Source of the DNA: a virus
Length of the DNA: 64,000 nt
Reading direction: 5' to 3' (one strand)
IMG/VR virus record: IMGVR_UViG_3300025018_000098
Location: 64,001 to 128,000 of that record
Shown here: one piece after another, positions 28,018 through 36,823 of the stretch
How the letters are laid out: each line of letters opens with the position of its first letter
Numbering within the stretch: position 1 is the first letter of the stretch
Program-made: the position numbers and the translations under genes
The notes under the pieces: model-generated
Seen by the model: the letters and a program-made list of their open reading frames with translations, nothing else
Database searches by the model: none
What the model was told of the DNA's origin: nothing

Positions 28018-31000
28018 TCACTCCGATGCCGGGGGCGGGGTGGTTCCCCCACCCGCGTTTGGGTCTGCTGGGGCATCCGGGCCACCAGCCACAATATTCA
28101 CATTGAGCGTTCCGGTGATGGCTCCCGCGATCTTCTGTAGATGCTGGTTGCGCGCGACACCCAACGGATCACGCCGCTCTGCCGCTGCAGTAGCCCGACT
28201 CTGCGCCGCCTGGGCAAACTCGGCCCGGTGCTCCGTACGGAAGTCAGCCACTGCTCGTTGCGCTTCTGGGTTGTTCGGCTGCTCGGCTAGTCGGCGCATC
28301 AACTCAGAGCTCTGCTGTGCGGTAGCGAGTGCAGCAGAGCCACCACCCAACTGCTCTGCCAACTGCGATTCGTATTCACGCATCGTTCGAGCCGCCCGCT
28401 CGCCCACCTCACCCTCTCGCCCCATGTTCCGTGCAGCGTCTCGAAGCATGCTCCGTGCTCGACGTCCAGACACCTCTTGGCCACCACGACCAGTAAAGGA
28501 CATCTCTCCGACTGTCTGCCCGGTAAGGATTCCCTCTGCGTGCTCCTGTGCCTGCCTCCGACCGCGGCGCCCACCCCCTCCCAAGACCTCCATATCGTTG
28601 GCCCGCTGAGTCGCGGACATCCCTAGTGCACCTAGATTGTTGTCCTGCAGGGCAGCCATCAACTGAGAGTATTCCTCTGAGTTGCGGTCCATACTTCCGA
28701 CAACCTGGTGGAAGTCGCTCTGGGCGGTTTCCCTATCCTCTCGGGAAGATGCACCTTGCAGGCGTCGCAAAGCGTCCTGAGCGGGACCCGTTCCCTCAAT
28801 ACCGCTGAGCGCTTGAATAGCTCCCGCATGGTTCGCCCGCATACGAGCTTGGGCCTCCTGTGCTGCCTGAATGTCAGACTCGCTGAAGCGGGCATTCCGC
28901 AGTTCTGAGGTAGACTCGCCATGTTCTGCGGCTGCCGTGCGGATCTGTTCCTGGAGGCTGGTCATGGCTCCACCGTTGGCACCAGCTCGGTTGCTCATCA
29001 CGCTCATCTGCTCCATCCGTGCCTTGAACGTCTCGCTATCCGCTCCGTCCTCATCAAGAGCCGCGATCGTGTCCCGGTACAGCGCCATGTATTCTTCATT
29101 GTCTTGAAGTGCTGTGAAGTCTTCCCGATTCATGGAGAGGCTGTCTGCCTGCTCGAGCAGCATATCCTCTTCTTCTGTGTTGGCACTCCGTCGGTTGTGG
29201 TGATCAATCGCACCTCGTGCGCGTCGAGACTCTCGCACCCTGCGCCGCCGAGAACTCGCAGCGTGCCCACCCGCAGCGATGAAATCGAGGGAGTCCCTCT
29301 CCTGTGATGCTGCTTCTCCTGCAGGGGTGTTACCCATCAAGCGATCCCAGAAGCTCCCGCCGCCATTCGCCGTGTTGCCCGCATTGATCGAGACGCCGAA
29401 GTCCGTACCCCCCGCTCGAGCAATGGTTGCATCAATGGCATTCCCGCTGAAGCCACCTTCGATACGTCCGTAGATGTCCCCATGACCACCAGCAGCACGG
29501 GCACCGAGACGAGCCATGTTGATGCGGTGTAGCATCTCGCCCTGGCCGATCTCCCCGATGCGCGCCATGTCCGACACGTCTCTGTCTGAGGTCACCATTC
29601 CCATTCGAGCCATTCGCGTCTGCTGCATCTCCTCCAGCAGCCCCTGCTGCGTCATCCCGGTGGGGTCTACTCCGCGCCCGCGCAGGATCGAAGCACGTGA
29701 TGCCCCCGTTTCGAAGAGACCCCGGCTCTCCAGGTCCATGGGGCCCCGGCCACGAGTTCCCGCGCGCTGTGTCGCATCGACGATGTCCCGAAAGTCAGAG
29801 GAGGACGCACTACCAGAGGCTATGCGGCCAGTAATCCTAGACATACCCTCGGACATACCCCCTGTGGTACCTCCGATCATCCGATCCATCATGGCCTCCA
29901 CTCGAGAGGCGAAGCGCGTAGCGAAGCGGGTGCCCATCTCTCGGGCCTTAGTTACGCCAGTCTCATTGGCCAGGCCGTGGCCAAGATGCGACATGAAGGC
30001 ATCGAAAGACCTGTTCTGGGCCATGTCCGACTCGCGGTCAGCACCTCGTTGGCCGCTTTGCCGGGTCGACTCCTCCTGGATGGCGATGTCCCCTTGGTTG
30101 CGGATCAAGCCCATCATCACCTCGGACTCTCGGCGGCCCATATGGAAGCGGCGCTGCATCACGAGGGACCCGAGATCATCCCCCTGAGAGAGAGCTCGGT
30201 CACCGATGGCTGCACGCATCATCCCGATCTGTCCGGCCATCCCACCACGCTCGAGCAGCCCGCCGCGTAGATCTCCCTCTCTGTTGATGAACCGAGCCCG
30301 CCCAATCTGGCTGAGGTTGCTATGAGCATTACGGCGGATGTCGCCGATGCTCATAGACCCCATGAGGAACTGGTTGGTGCGCCCTGCGTCGAGACCTGTG
30401 GCATCGCTGTTGGACAGAGCTGCCAGAGCGTACCGCCCCATAGGCCGCCGGCTGAACTCAGCCGTGCGCTGCATCATGTTCGTCGTGAAGGCTGAGATGG
30501 CATCTGTGCCCGTGAGGCCTCCGGTGGCTTCAGAGAGTGACTCCTTGCTCACGGCACCCATCGTGATAGCCGCCCCGAGCGTTGATGCACCTCGCATGGC
30601 CCCGAAGGCGCCTTGGCGGCCGGTGCCTCCGACAGAGCGGGCGATCTGAGCCCCCTGGGCCGACATCTGCATGGCCTCCGCTCGAGACATGCCTGTGGCC
30701 TGGGTCACCTCACGCACGTTCTTGGCGAACTGCGAGCGGTCCATCTGTCCGAAGATGCCTGAGGTCTTGGCATCCTCTACGAACTTGAGGGCCTCATTGA
30801 GGCTGCCCCCGAGCTCCTTCTGCACAGTCTTCAGCGTATCCAGCATCTGCTTGAACTTGCTGCTGAACTCTCCGACGCTCGAGACCCCCTGGAACATCCC
30901 GGCCTGAGCTCCACCTGAGATCAGGGAGTTGAGCTCGCCCGAGTTGGTCAGGGAGTTGCTTCGGAGCTCCTGATTGATCGCTGCCCCGATACCACCCATC

Positions 31001-31590
31001 TGCTGTTGGCCGAAGCCGCGGCCCATATGCCCCTGACCACCTTGGAAGTTGAAGTTCTGGCGCAGGGTACTGTTCAGCTGAGTCTGGTCTTGGATACCTC
31101 CTGTGAACGCCCCCGCGTATGCTCCCACAGCCTTCGATGCAACGTAGGCAGGCAGCATGGCACCACCGGCCATGGCAAGGCCTCCGGCCATACCCATCAT
31201 ACCCCCACCCATTGCGGTGGACGCACGCATACCGAGGCCTATTGCGGAGAAGGGATCACCAAAGGCCCCCATGGCTCCGGACATCATCAGCCCGGCCCCG
31301 GCCACGGGCATCGCGACGTTACGGCCGAAGGAGCCGATACCCGCAGCCATCCTTTCGCCAGCCATGCCTACATCGCCACCGTACGCCGCCGTGACGGCCA
31401 GGTTTCTGGCGGCTCCGCCCGGGTGCGGCATCGGCATCGGCGGCGGAGGCGGGGGAGGTGCCATCCCTCCTTGACCGCCCGGGCCACCATACGCGGAGTA
31501 GCTCATCTGCTGCGCATACCCAGCATTCTGGGCGAACATGGCGTTACCTGCAGCGATGGACTGCGAGATGTAGCTTGAGTCGTAAGGCAC
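28018..31590 (-). CDS. Tape measure protein (1190 aa)
   Basis: Long Ala/Gly/Met/Arg-rich helical ORF with a hydrophobic Gly-rich N-terminal stretch, upstream of tube-initiator and hub genes. Confidence 0.7.
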   Translation of the reverse strand: MPYDSSYISQSIAAGNAMFAQNAGYAQQMSYSAYGGPGGQGGMAPPPPPPPMPMPHPGGAARNLAVTAAYGGDVGMAGERMAAGIGSFGRNVAMPVAGAGLMMSGAMGAFGDPFSAIGLGMRASTAMGGGMMGMAGGLAMAGGAMLPAYVASKAVGAYAGAFTGGIQDQTQLNSTLRQNFNFQGGQGHMGRGFGQQQMGGIGAAINQELRSNSLTNSGELNSLISGGAQAGMFQGVSSVGEFSSKFKQMLDTLKTVQKELGGSLNEALKFVEDAKTSGIFGQMDRSQFAKNVREVTQATGMSRAEAMQMSAQGAQIARSVGGTGRQGAFGAMRGASTLGAAITMGAVSKESLSEATGGLTGTDAISAFTTNMMQRTAEFSRRPMGRYALAALSNSDATGLDAGRTNQFLMGSMSIGDIRRNAHSNLSQIGRARFINREGDLRGGLLERGGMAGQIGMMRAAIGDRALSQGDDLGSLVMQRRFHMGRRESEVMMGLIRNQGDIAIQEESTRQSGQRGADRESDMAQNRSFDAFMSHLGHGLANETGVTKAREMGTRFATRFASRVEAMMDRMIGGTTGGMSEGMSRITGRIASGSASSSDFRDIVDATQRAGTRGRGPMDLESRGLFETGASRASILRGRGVDPTGMTQQGLLEEMQQTRMARMGMVTSDRDVSDMARIGEIGQGEMLHRINMARLGARAAGGHGDIYGRIEGGFSGNAIDATIARAGGTDFGVSINAGNTANGGGSFWDRLMGNTPAGEAASQERDSLDFIAAGGHAASSRRRRVRESRRARGAIDHHNRRSANTEEEDMLLEQADSLSMNREDFTALQDNEEYMALYRDTIAALDEDGADSETFKARMEQMSVMSNRAGANGGAMTSLQEQIRTAAAEHGESTSELRNARFSESDIQAAQEAQARMRANHAGAIQALSGIEGTGPAQDALRRLQGASSREDRETAQSDFHQVVGSMDRNSEEYSQLMAALQDNNLGALGMSATQRANDMEVLGGGGRRGRRQAQEHAEGILTGQTVGEMSFTGRGGQEVSGRRARSMLRDAARNMGREGEVGERAARTMREYESQLAEQLGGGSAALATAQQSSELMRRLAEQPNNPEAQRAVADFRTEHRAEFAQAAQSRATAAAERRDPLGVARNQHLQKIAGAITGTLNVNIVAGGPDAPADPNAGGGTTPPPASE

Positions 31591-31596
31591 GACGGA

Positions 31597-31605
31597 AGTC
31601 TACAC
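31597..31605 (-). promoter_or_regulatory. Class L promoter: GTG-TAGACT, 6 nt before GTG 31590
   Basis: Minus strand reads GTGTAGACT TCCGTC GTG. Confidence 0.65.
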
Positions 31606-31612
31606 GATATCG

Positions 31613-31631
31613 CCTATAAGCAGTACGAAGG
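31613..31631 (+). promoter_or_regulatory. Class E motif CCTATAAGCAGTACGAAGG
   Basis: Directly upstream of ATG 31639. Confidence 0.7.
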
Positions 31632-31638
31632 GAAACAC

Positions 31639-31884
31639 ATGCCTGATCAGAATCCACCCCAAGACAAAAACCACACCATCCTCTCATTAGATGATGTACA
31701 TCTCATGCTCATCGAACACACAGGACCAGATGGGAACTCCCGCTTCCGTGCCCGCATCGCACGCCAGCCTCCGCTGGATGGGAGCACCACGGACGTTCTC
31801 AGCCTCACTGACCTCGCCGCGGTGAAGGTCCTCATCGACAGTGCGCTGCAGCTCGGGCTCGCAGCGCACAGCAGGAAGCTATGA
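31639..31884 (+). CDS. Hypothetical protein
   Basis: First gene of a plus-strand operon. Confidence 0.6.
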   Translation: MPDQNPPQDKNHTILSLDDVHLMLIEHTGPDGNSRFRARIARQPPLDGSTTDVLSLTDLAAVKVLIDSALQLGLAAHSRKL

Positions 31885-32717
31885 CAGACGAACGCAAGTA
31901 CATCCTCATCGGCCTCGCAGGCTTCACCAGCTCCGGAAAGGACACAGCGGCGGAGTACCTCGATGACACCCACGAGATCACGCCGCGCAGTTTCGCACAC
32001 ACCCTCAAGAAGATGGTCCAGCTGGCACTGCCGTTCACTGACAAGCAGCTCTTCGGACCCAGTGCGGCTCGAGAGGAGATGTTGGAGGAGAGGGAGTACC
32101 TCTTCTCTGGCACCTGCGTGTCCTGTGGCAAGGAGTGCGACTTCCTCGACGAGGCGGACCTGCTCAAGGTCTGGTACTGCGTCCCGTGTAACATCAACTA
32201 CCCGAAGTACCTCAACGCCCGCATCGCCTGCCAGACGCTGGGCACCGAGTGGGGACGTAGGCTCAACAAGGACTTCTGGGTCACTGCCTCACTCCATAGG
32301 ACCTCGGAGGATCACTGCGTGTACACGGACACTCGCTTCATGAACGAGTGGGAGGCCATCCGGAACAAGGGTGGGTTCTTGATCCGGATCCACCGAGGTA
32401 GGCAGAGCTACGCCCACGAGAGTGAGAGAGCTCTGGCGAACACCCCAGAGACCTTCTTCGACTACGTGATCGACAACCAGTACAGCTTTGGGAACCTCCA
32501 GCTACGCCTAGACGTCATCATGGCGGACATCCACCGTAAGCTGTGGGGAGAAGAAGCATACCTAGACGCGTGGGTGTGCAACCTGCAGCGCTACCGAGCC
32601 ACTGCAGTACACAGCTACGGGGAGAAAGATCCCCGGACCAAGTTCTTCACACGAGCCGTACAAGGCCTTCGTGCGAAGCTGACCACACTAAACAAGGAGA
32701 ACGAGACAGATGCATGA
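31881..32717 (+). CDS. Deoxynucleoside monophosphate kinase (T4 gp1-like) with an inserted Zn-ribbon
   Basis: IGLAGFTSSGKDT P-loop, SFAHTLK, QTLGTEWGR, TDTRFMNE and HESE motifs. Confidence 0.85.
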   Translation: MTDERKYILIGLAGFTSSGKDTAAEYLDDTHEITPRSFAHTLKKMVQLALPFTDKQLFGPSAAREEMLEEREYLFSGTCVSCGKECDFLDEADLLKVWYCVPCNINYPKYLNARIACQTLGTEWGRRLNKDFWVTASLHRTSEDHCVYTDTRFMNEWEAIRNKGGFLIRIHRGRQSYAHESERALANTPETFFDYVIDNQYSFGNLQLRLDVIMADIHRKLWGEEAYLDAWVCNLQRYRATAVHSYGEKDPRTKFFTRAVQGLRAKLTTLNKENETDA

Positions 32718-33537
32718 TATGACCAGCCAAATCCAGAAACTCCTCGGGGACAAGAAGCCCACTCGAGGCAACATGTATGAGCTGCTGAAGACGCTCAACC
32801 CCGAGCGCGCTGTGGGACACTCCCGCAGCCGAAGTGACCTCATCTTCAACATGCTCGTGGAACACCTCCTCGAGGCCCAGCCCAGCGCACCTGAGCCGGA
32901 GACGACGGCACTCCAAGCGGCTATCGACGAGGGTGACGCAAGCCCGGTGGTGGATCACTCGCCGGAGCGCATTGCGCAGAGGATCGACCAGGAGGTTGCT
33001 GCGGAGGAAGAGCCCAAGGGGCTTGACTTCAGCGCTGCGCAGACCAGCCGACTTCGCTCGGACAACACGAACCCGAGCCCACCCATGCAGGACCCGGACA
33101 TCCGTCCTCCGCTCCTCCCCGGGCTCGAGCCTCCCGATGAGGAGGCCCCCAACCTCCTTGAGCTCCCGGAAGGGGCTGAGCCTCCGGAGGGCTACACCCG
33201 TGTCCGGAACTACGAGGGCCTGCCCTTCTGCATCGCGAAGGATGGCGGTGACCCCGAGCGCGAGCTGACCCAGAAGGAGTGCTTCTGGTTGCAGGACATT
33301 GGCCAGATCCTGAAGATCATCGGCCCCAAGCAGAAGATCATCAAGAACAACGGTAAGATGGTGCGCTTCGACCCACACAAGAACGCGCGCAAGGCGCTCA
33401 AGCGTGCCCTCAAGCAGCTCTCCTGGGTAGGCATCCAGGTGCTCAATCCGGTGGCCGACGAGATGGTCACGATGAACGAGTCTGACCTCGAGGAATCGCA
33501 CGTGCACGGACCCGAGTGTGGGCACACACACGCATGA
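32710..33537 (+). CDS. Hypothetical protein (275 aa)
   Basis: ORF with an AGGAG SD and a Pro/Glu-rich linker. Confidence 0.6.
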   Translation: MHDMTSQIQKLLGDKKPTRGNMYELLKTLNPERAVGHSRSRSDLIFNMLVEHLLEAQPSAPEPETTALQAAIDEGDASPVVDHSPERIAQRIDQEVAAEEEPKGLDFSAAQTSRLRSDNTNPSPPMQDPDIRPPLLPGLEPPDEEAPNLLELPEGAEPPEGYTRVRNYEGLPFCIAKDGGDPERELTQKECFWLQDIGQILKIIGPKQKIIKNNGKMVRFDPHKNARKALKRALKQLSWVGIQVLNPVADEMVTMNESDLEESHVHGPECGHTHA

Positions 33538-33743
33538 GACGTACACACGTCGTCTGCTCTCGGTGTCCGAATGAGGCCATCATGGACGGGACTGTGAGGC
33601 TGCCTCCCCGCTGGCTACACGTGTTCATACGTACGCAAGGGTCCGGGGATTCCAGCGAGTACATGGAGGGTACTGTGGAGCTCTGTCCCTCGTGCAGCAT
33701 CATTACGCGAGCAGCCCTTCCTGCAGTGTTCGGCCGGATATAG
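33534..33743 (+). CDS. Small Zn-finger protein
   Basis: CSRC and CPSC pairs, with ATGA coupling. Confidence 0.55.
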   Translation: MRRTHVVCSRCPNEAIMDGTVRLPPRWLHVFIRTQGSGDSSEYMEGTVELCPSCSIITRAALPAVFGRI

Positions 33744-33755
33744 GAGTGACACGAT

Positions 33756-33779
33756 TGAGGGGGCCATGGGGCCCCCTCA
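33756..33779. terminator. Hairpin between convergent operons
   Basis: TGAGGGGGCC-ATGG-GGCCCCCTCA. Confidence 0.65.
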
Positions 33780-33790
33780 TCTCTCCTTTG

Positions 33791-34081
33791 CTACTCGACC
33801 GTGATGTCGATGGCAGGTGCTGGTGGCTTCTTCTTTTTGCCACTCACCTTGCGGCGAGATGACGTCTTCTCCAATCGCTTCGTAATGATCTCGAGGTGGG
33901 TGTCCACGATCACGCGGCACTCGTCACAGAGGTGCTGCATGTTGTGCTCCTCCTCGCCTCGAACGACGATGTACACCGCGGTCGGCTCTTCCTTGGGGTG
34001 CTGCATCTCTTCTGCAGTGACTTGAATCTCGTCGATGCGTGGGCAGCGAGAGCATGGGCGTTTCTGAAAGAACATGTTCAC
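33791..34081 (-). CDS. Small Zn-binding protein
   Basis: CSRC and CDEC pairs. Confidence 0.55.
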   Translation of the reverse strand: MNMFFQKRPCSRCPRIDEIQVTAEEMQHPKEEPTAVYIVVRGEEEHNMQHLCDECRVIVDTHLEIITKRLEKTSSRRKVSGKKKKPPAPAIDITVE

Positions 34082-34296
34082 TTCTCAGTCTGGGAGTGGG
34101 CGTAAAGGATGTACGCCTTGACGGCGGTACGCTCGATGGTGGTCAAGGCGGTATCCGGGACGGTAGTACTACCCTTGCTTCGCTCGCGGTACCACTTCTC
34201 GAAGGAGGCGATCTCCCCGCTGAGTACTCGGTCCAGCTCCTCCCGGGACATCTCGTCGGGCAGGGGCTCAAGAGTTACGTGTACGTGCAGTGGCAT
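34078..34296 (-). CDS. Hypothetical protein
   Basis: Coupled ORF. Confidence 0.55.
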   Translation of the reverse strand: MPLHVHVTLEPLPDEMSREELDRVLSGEIASFEKWYRERSKGSTTVPDTALTTIERTAVKAYILYAHSQTEK

Positions 34297-34630
34297 TGCG
34301 TGTTCGCTTCTTTCTGGTGGTCTTTACGGGCTCAGGTTCCGGCTCAGGCTCAGGCTCAGGCTCAGGCTCTTCCCCAGGAGGGAGAACCTTCAGCTCGTCG
34401 ACCTCCTTGATACGATCTGAGATGTCGCCGATCTCTTCCTCGAGCTCAGTCACCACGAGCTTGATGTGCTCCTCGGGGACCACGCCGTAGTCCTCACGTC
34501 GGATGCGCTGGTAGGGGCTGCCTGCGTCGGTAGCCAGGTAGTGTGTCTCCAAGAATGCGATGAGCTCCCTGCGCACAGAGATTCTCGAGCGCAGTTCGGA
34601 GAGCTGCTTGTAGTACTCAGAGACAGACAT
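34268..34630 (-). CDS. Hypothetical protein with an (EP)n tract
   Basis: ORF within the operon. Confidence 0.55.
   Translation of the reverse strand: MSVSEYYKQLSELRSRISVRRELIAFLETHYLATDAGSPYQRIRREDYGVVPEEHIKLVVTELEEEIGDISDRIKEVDELKVLPPGEEPEPEPEPEPEPEPVKTTRKKRTRNATARTRNS
34329..34369. repeat. 6-bp tandem repeat (GGCTCA)n encoding EPEPEP
   Basis: ggctcaggttccggctcaggctcaggctcaggctcaggctc. Confidence 0.8.
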
Positions 34631-34632
34631 TG

Positions 34633-35340
34633 TCAGGCTCGCAAGAAGTTCAAGAAGACCTTCTCGAGGTCAGCCCCGTTGGCTGTGTCCTGGATGATCG
34701 TCTTGAGTGAATAGATGACCCAGTGCTCACGGACTGTACGCACCTGACTTAGTACGTCCCCCTGCACTTTGGTGTCGCTCGCCCGCTCATTGGCTGTGCG
34801 GAGATCCCCCGCCAGCGTGAGCATCCGAACGTCGGCGTTCGCTCCTAGCAGGAGGAACATCTTCAACAGTAGGCGGGCCCACTGGTAGTCGTGCAGCGAG
34901 GCGAAGACCTGGCCTGTGAGCTCAGAGGGCTTGAAGGCGTTCCTACACTCGGGGCAGACAGCGACATGACGTGAGATGTACTTGAGCTCGAGTGGGTGAT
35001 TACACGGCTTGACGTTGCCCGTGGCCAGGTCCGTACGCTGCCCAGAGCAGAAGTACACAACCTCATCCCCGCCGCCGTTGTCGAAGCCCCCGTTGGTCCA
35101 CGCCATGATCATGGCTGGGGTCGGAGCCTTCCGGGAGCGGCTGCCGTGGAACACGATCTCCAGCTTGAAGCGGGCCATGTTCTTGTCGATGCCAAGACCA
35201 ACCTCCTCGTAGAGAGCCGCCAGCTGCTCCGACAGGGCCTCACTGACCTCAAGCCCATCGCCCTCGCCGGCCATGTCGTAGACGTCACCCATACCCTCAG
35301 GAAGAGCCGACCTACCCTCTGCATCTACGAGACCACTCAC
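34633..35340 (-). CDS. Hypothetical Zn-ribbon protein (235 aa)
   Basis: YFC...PC...CPEC. Confidence 0.6.
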   Translation of the reverse strand: MSGLVDAEGRSALPEGMGDVYDMAGEGDGLEVSEALSEQLAALYEEVGLGIDKNMARFKLEIVFHGSRSRKAPTPAMIMAWTNGGFDNGGGDEVVYFCSGQRTDLATGNVKPCNHPLELKYISRHVAVCPECRNAFKPSELTGQVFASLHDYQWARLLLKMFLLLGANADVRMLTLAGDLRTANERASDTKVQGDVLSQVRTVREHWVIYSLKTIIQDTANGADLEKVFLNFLRA

Positions 35341-35792
35341 GTGTTACCTCCGGGTGTGCCGGACATCAGGCCCTGAGACACAAGACTGTTCGCGATACGT
35401 GGGTCATGCCCACCCATGAGCTTGCCCTTGGCGGCGTCAACCTCGTAACGCTTCTGACCCACCAGGGGGAACGACGTGATGTCCACACCGGCCTTGAGGC
35501 TGTTCAGCACCTGCTCCGTCAAGATCCGCTGGGCGACGCGGACGTTGCCTCTCAGCGTGATGCGCCAGTTGTACTTGATCTGCCCACCGATCGTGCGCAG
35601 ATGCTTGCTGACGTCGGCAGACCACTGCTCAGCATCCTCCGCGATGGGGAGGAACTCCTGCATCAAGGTGCGCCATCGAGTAGAAACCTGCTCTTCGAGG
35701 CTCAGGCGCAGATGCAGAGTAAGTCCGTCCGACTCCTTGCTCGCCTTGATGACCGTGATGCCGATCTTGTTCAATGCTTGGTCGAGTCTCAT
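35337..35792 (-). CDS. Hypothetical protein
   Basis: Coupled ORF. Confidence 0.6.
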   Translation of the reverse strand: MRLDQALNKIGITVIKASKESDGLTLHLRLSLEEQVSTRWRTLMQEFLPIAEDAEQWSADVSKHLRTIGGQIKYNWRITLRGNVRVAQRILTEQVLNSLKAGVDITSFPLVGQKRYEVDAAKGKLMGGHDPRIANSLVSQGLMSGTPGGNT

Positions 35793-35793
35793 T

Positions 35794-36306
35794 TCACACT
35801 CCCATGTCGATGACTACGCCACGGACTACGTTGCTCAGAAGTGCACCGCCTGCAGTACCCGTGAGCACGATACGGCCTGGTCCATACTTCTCGTTCTTGT
35901 ACAGCACGACATCGACACCAAGTACCTTCTCGACGTTGTGATCAAACCCCAACCAGGCAGAGAAGAGCTCAATGTCCTGAACTAGGATGTGACTTGGCAC
36001 GAGACGCAGGCTGCTGACCTGCTGAGAGGCGCGCACCAAGGTGATGTACGGGTTCTCTGCGGGATCGAACTCGAGGGCGACGAGCTCGATGCTTTCGAGA
36101 AGAGCATTCGTGTCGAAGACGGCCTCTTCTTGGAGCTCCGGAGGCACAACGGCCTCACCCTCATCAACAGTGCGCCAGGTGACGACGCTGTCTGGGGTCA
36201 CCTCGAGCTTGACCACGTTGTTCAGGGCGAGGACTCGTCGGATGTAGTCCAAGATCCCGTCCATCGACTGAGGTAGCGCGGCTTCATGTTTTCGGAGGCT
36301 AGGCAT
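35794..36306 (-). CDS. Hypothetical protein
   Basis: ORF within the operon. Confidence 0.6.
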   Translation of the reverse strand: MPSLRKHEAALPQSMDGILDYIRRVLALNNVVKLEVTPDSVVTWRTVDEGEAVVPPELQEEAVFDTNALLESIELVALEFDPAENPYITLVRASQQVSSLRLVPSHILVQDIELFSAWLGFDHNVEKVLGVDVVLYKNEKYGPGRIVLTGTAGGALLSNVVRGVVIDMGV

Positions 36307-36517
36307 CAGACCCTCGCAGTGCTTCTAAGATGGTGTCCCGCTGTTGTTGCTTCCCCGTGCTCCGCCTGCGAGACACAGAACGCTTGAGCGTCCCTACAGC
36401 CTCGGCAAGGACGTCTGATGCACTCATGCCCTTCTCCTCAGCGTACTCCGTAACGAAGTCCGCCAGGTGCATGGGAAGCCGCGTAGCGAACGGCTTTGAT
36501 TTAGGGATCCGGGCCAT
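36299..36517 (-). CDS. Ribbon-helix-helix (CopG/Arc-like) DNA-binding protein
   Basis: PFATRLPMHLADFVTEYAEEKGMSASDVLAEAV fits the beta-strand / helix / G-x-S / helix pattern. Confidence 0.7.
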   Translation of the reverse strand: MARIPKSKPFATRLPMHLADFVTEYAEEKGMSASDVLAEAVGTLKRSVSRRRSTGKQQQRDTILEALRGSDA

Positions 36518-36537
36518 GTTTACGTTTACAGTAAACG
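36518..36537. promoter_or_regulatory. Putative RHH operator (palindrome CGTTTAC-A-GTAAACG plus an extra GTTTAC half-site)
   Basis: Abuts the ATG of the RHH gene. Confidence 0.6.
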
Positions 36538-36553
36538 CACCGGATCCACTACG

Positions 36554-36823
36554 TCAAGCCGATTCGTCCTGTTGAATCTGCCTCAAACCATCGAGGAACT
36601 CGCGGAGCCCTGAAAAGCCGGGGAAGATCTCTGTAAACCGTCTCACTACAAAGTCATGGGCGGCGTCCAGATCGGCATCGCTAGGGGTGAGCCCCCCGAG
36701 GAACACCGCGGTGTGTAGTTCCTCTTCAATCGTGGACTTCAGCGCTGGGTTGGTCGCCAACCAGAAAGGCAGCCATGTCCACGTGATCTCAACCACACCA
36801 TCTCGTTCTTGTACCAGCCGCAT
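36554..36823 (-). CDS. Hypothetical protein
   Basis: TGATG coupling at 36823 (MRLVQERDG...). Confidence 0.55.
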   Translation of the reverse strand: MRLVQERDGVVEITWTWLPFWLATNPALKSTIEEELHTAVFLGGLTPSDADLDAAHDFVVRRFTEIFPGFSGLREFLDGLRQIQQDESA

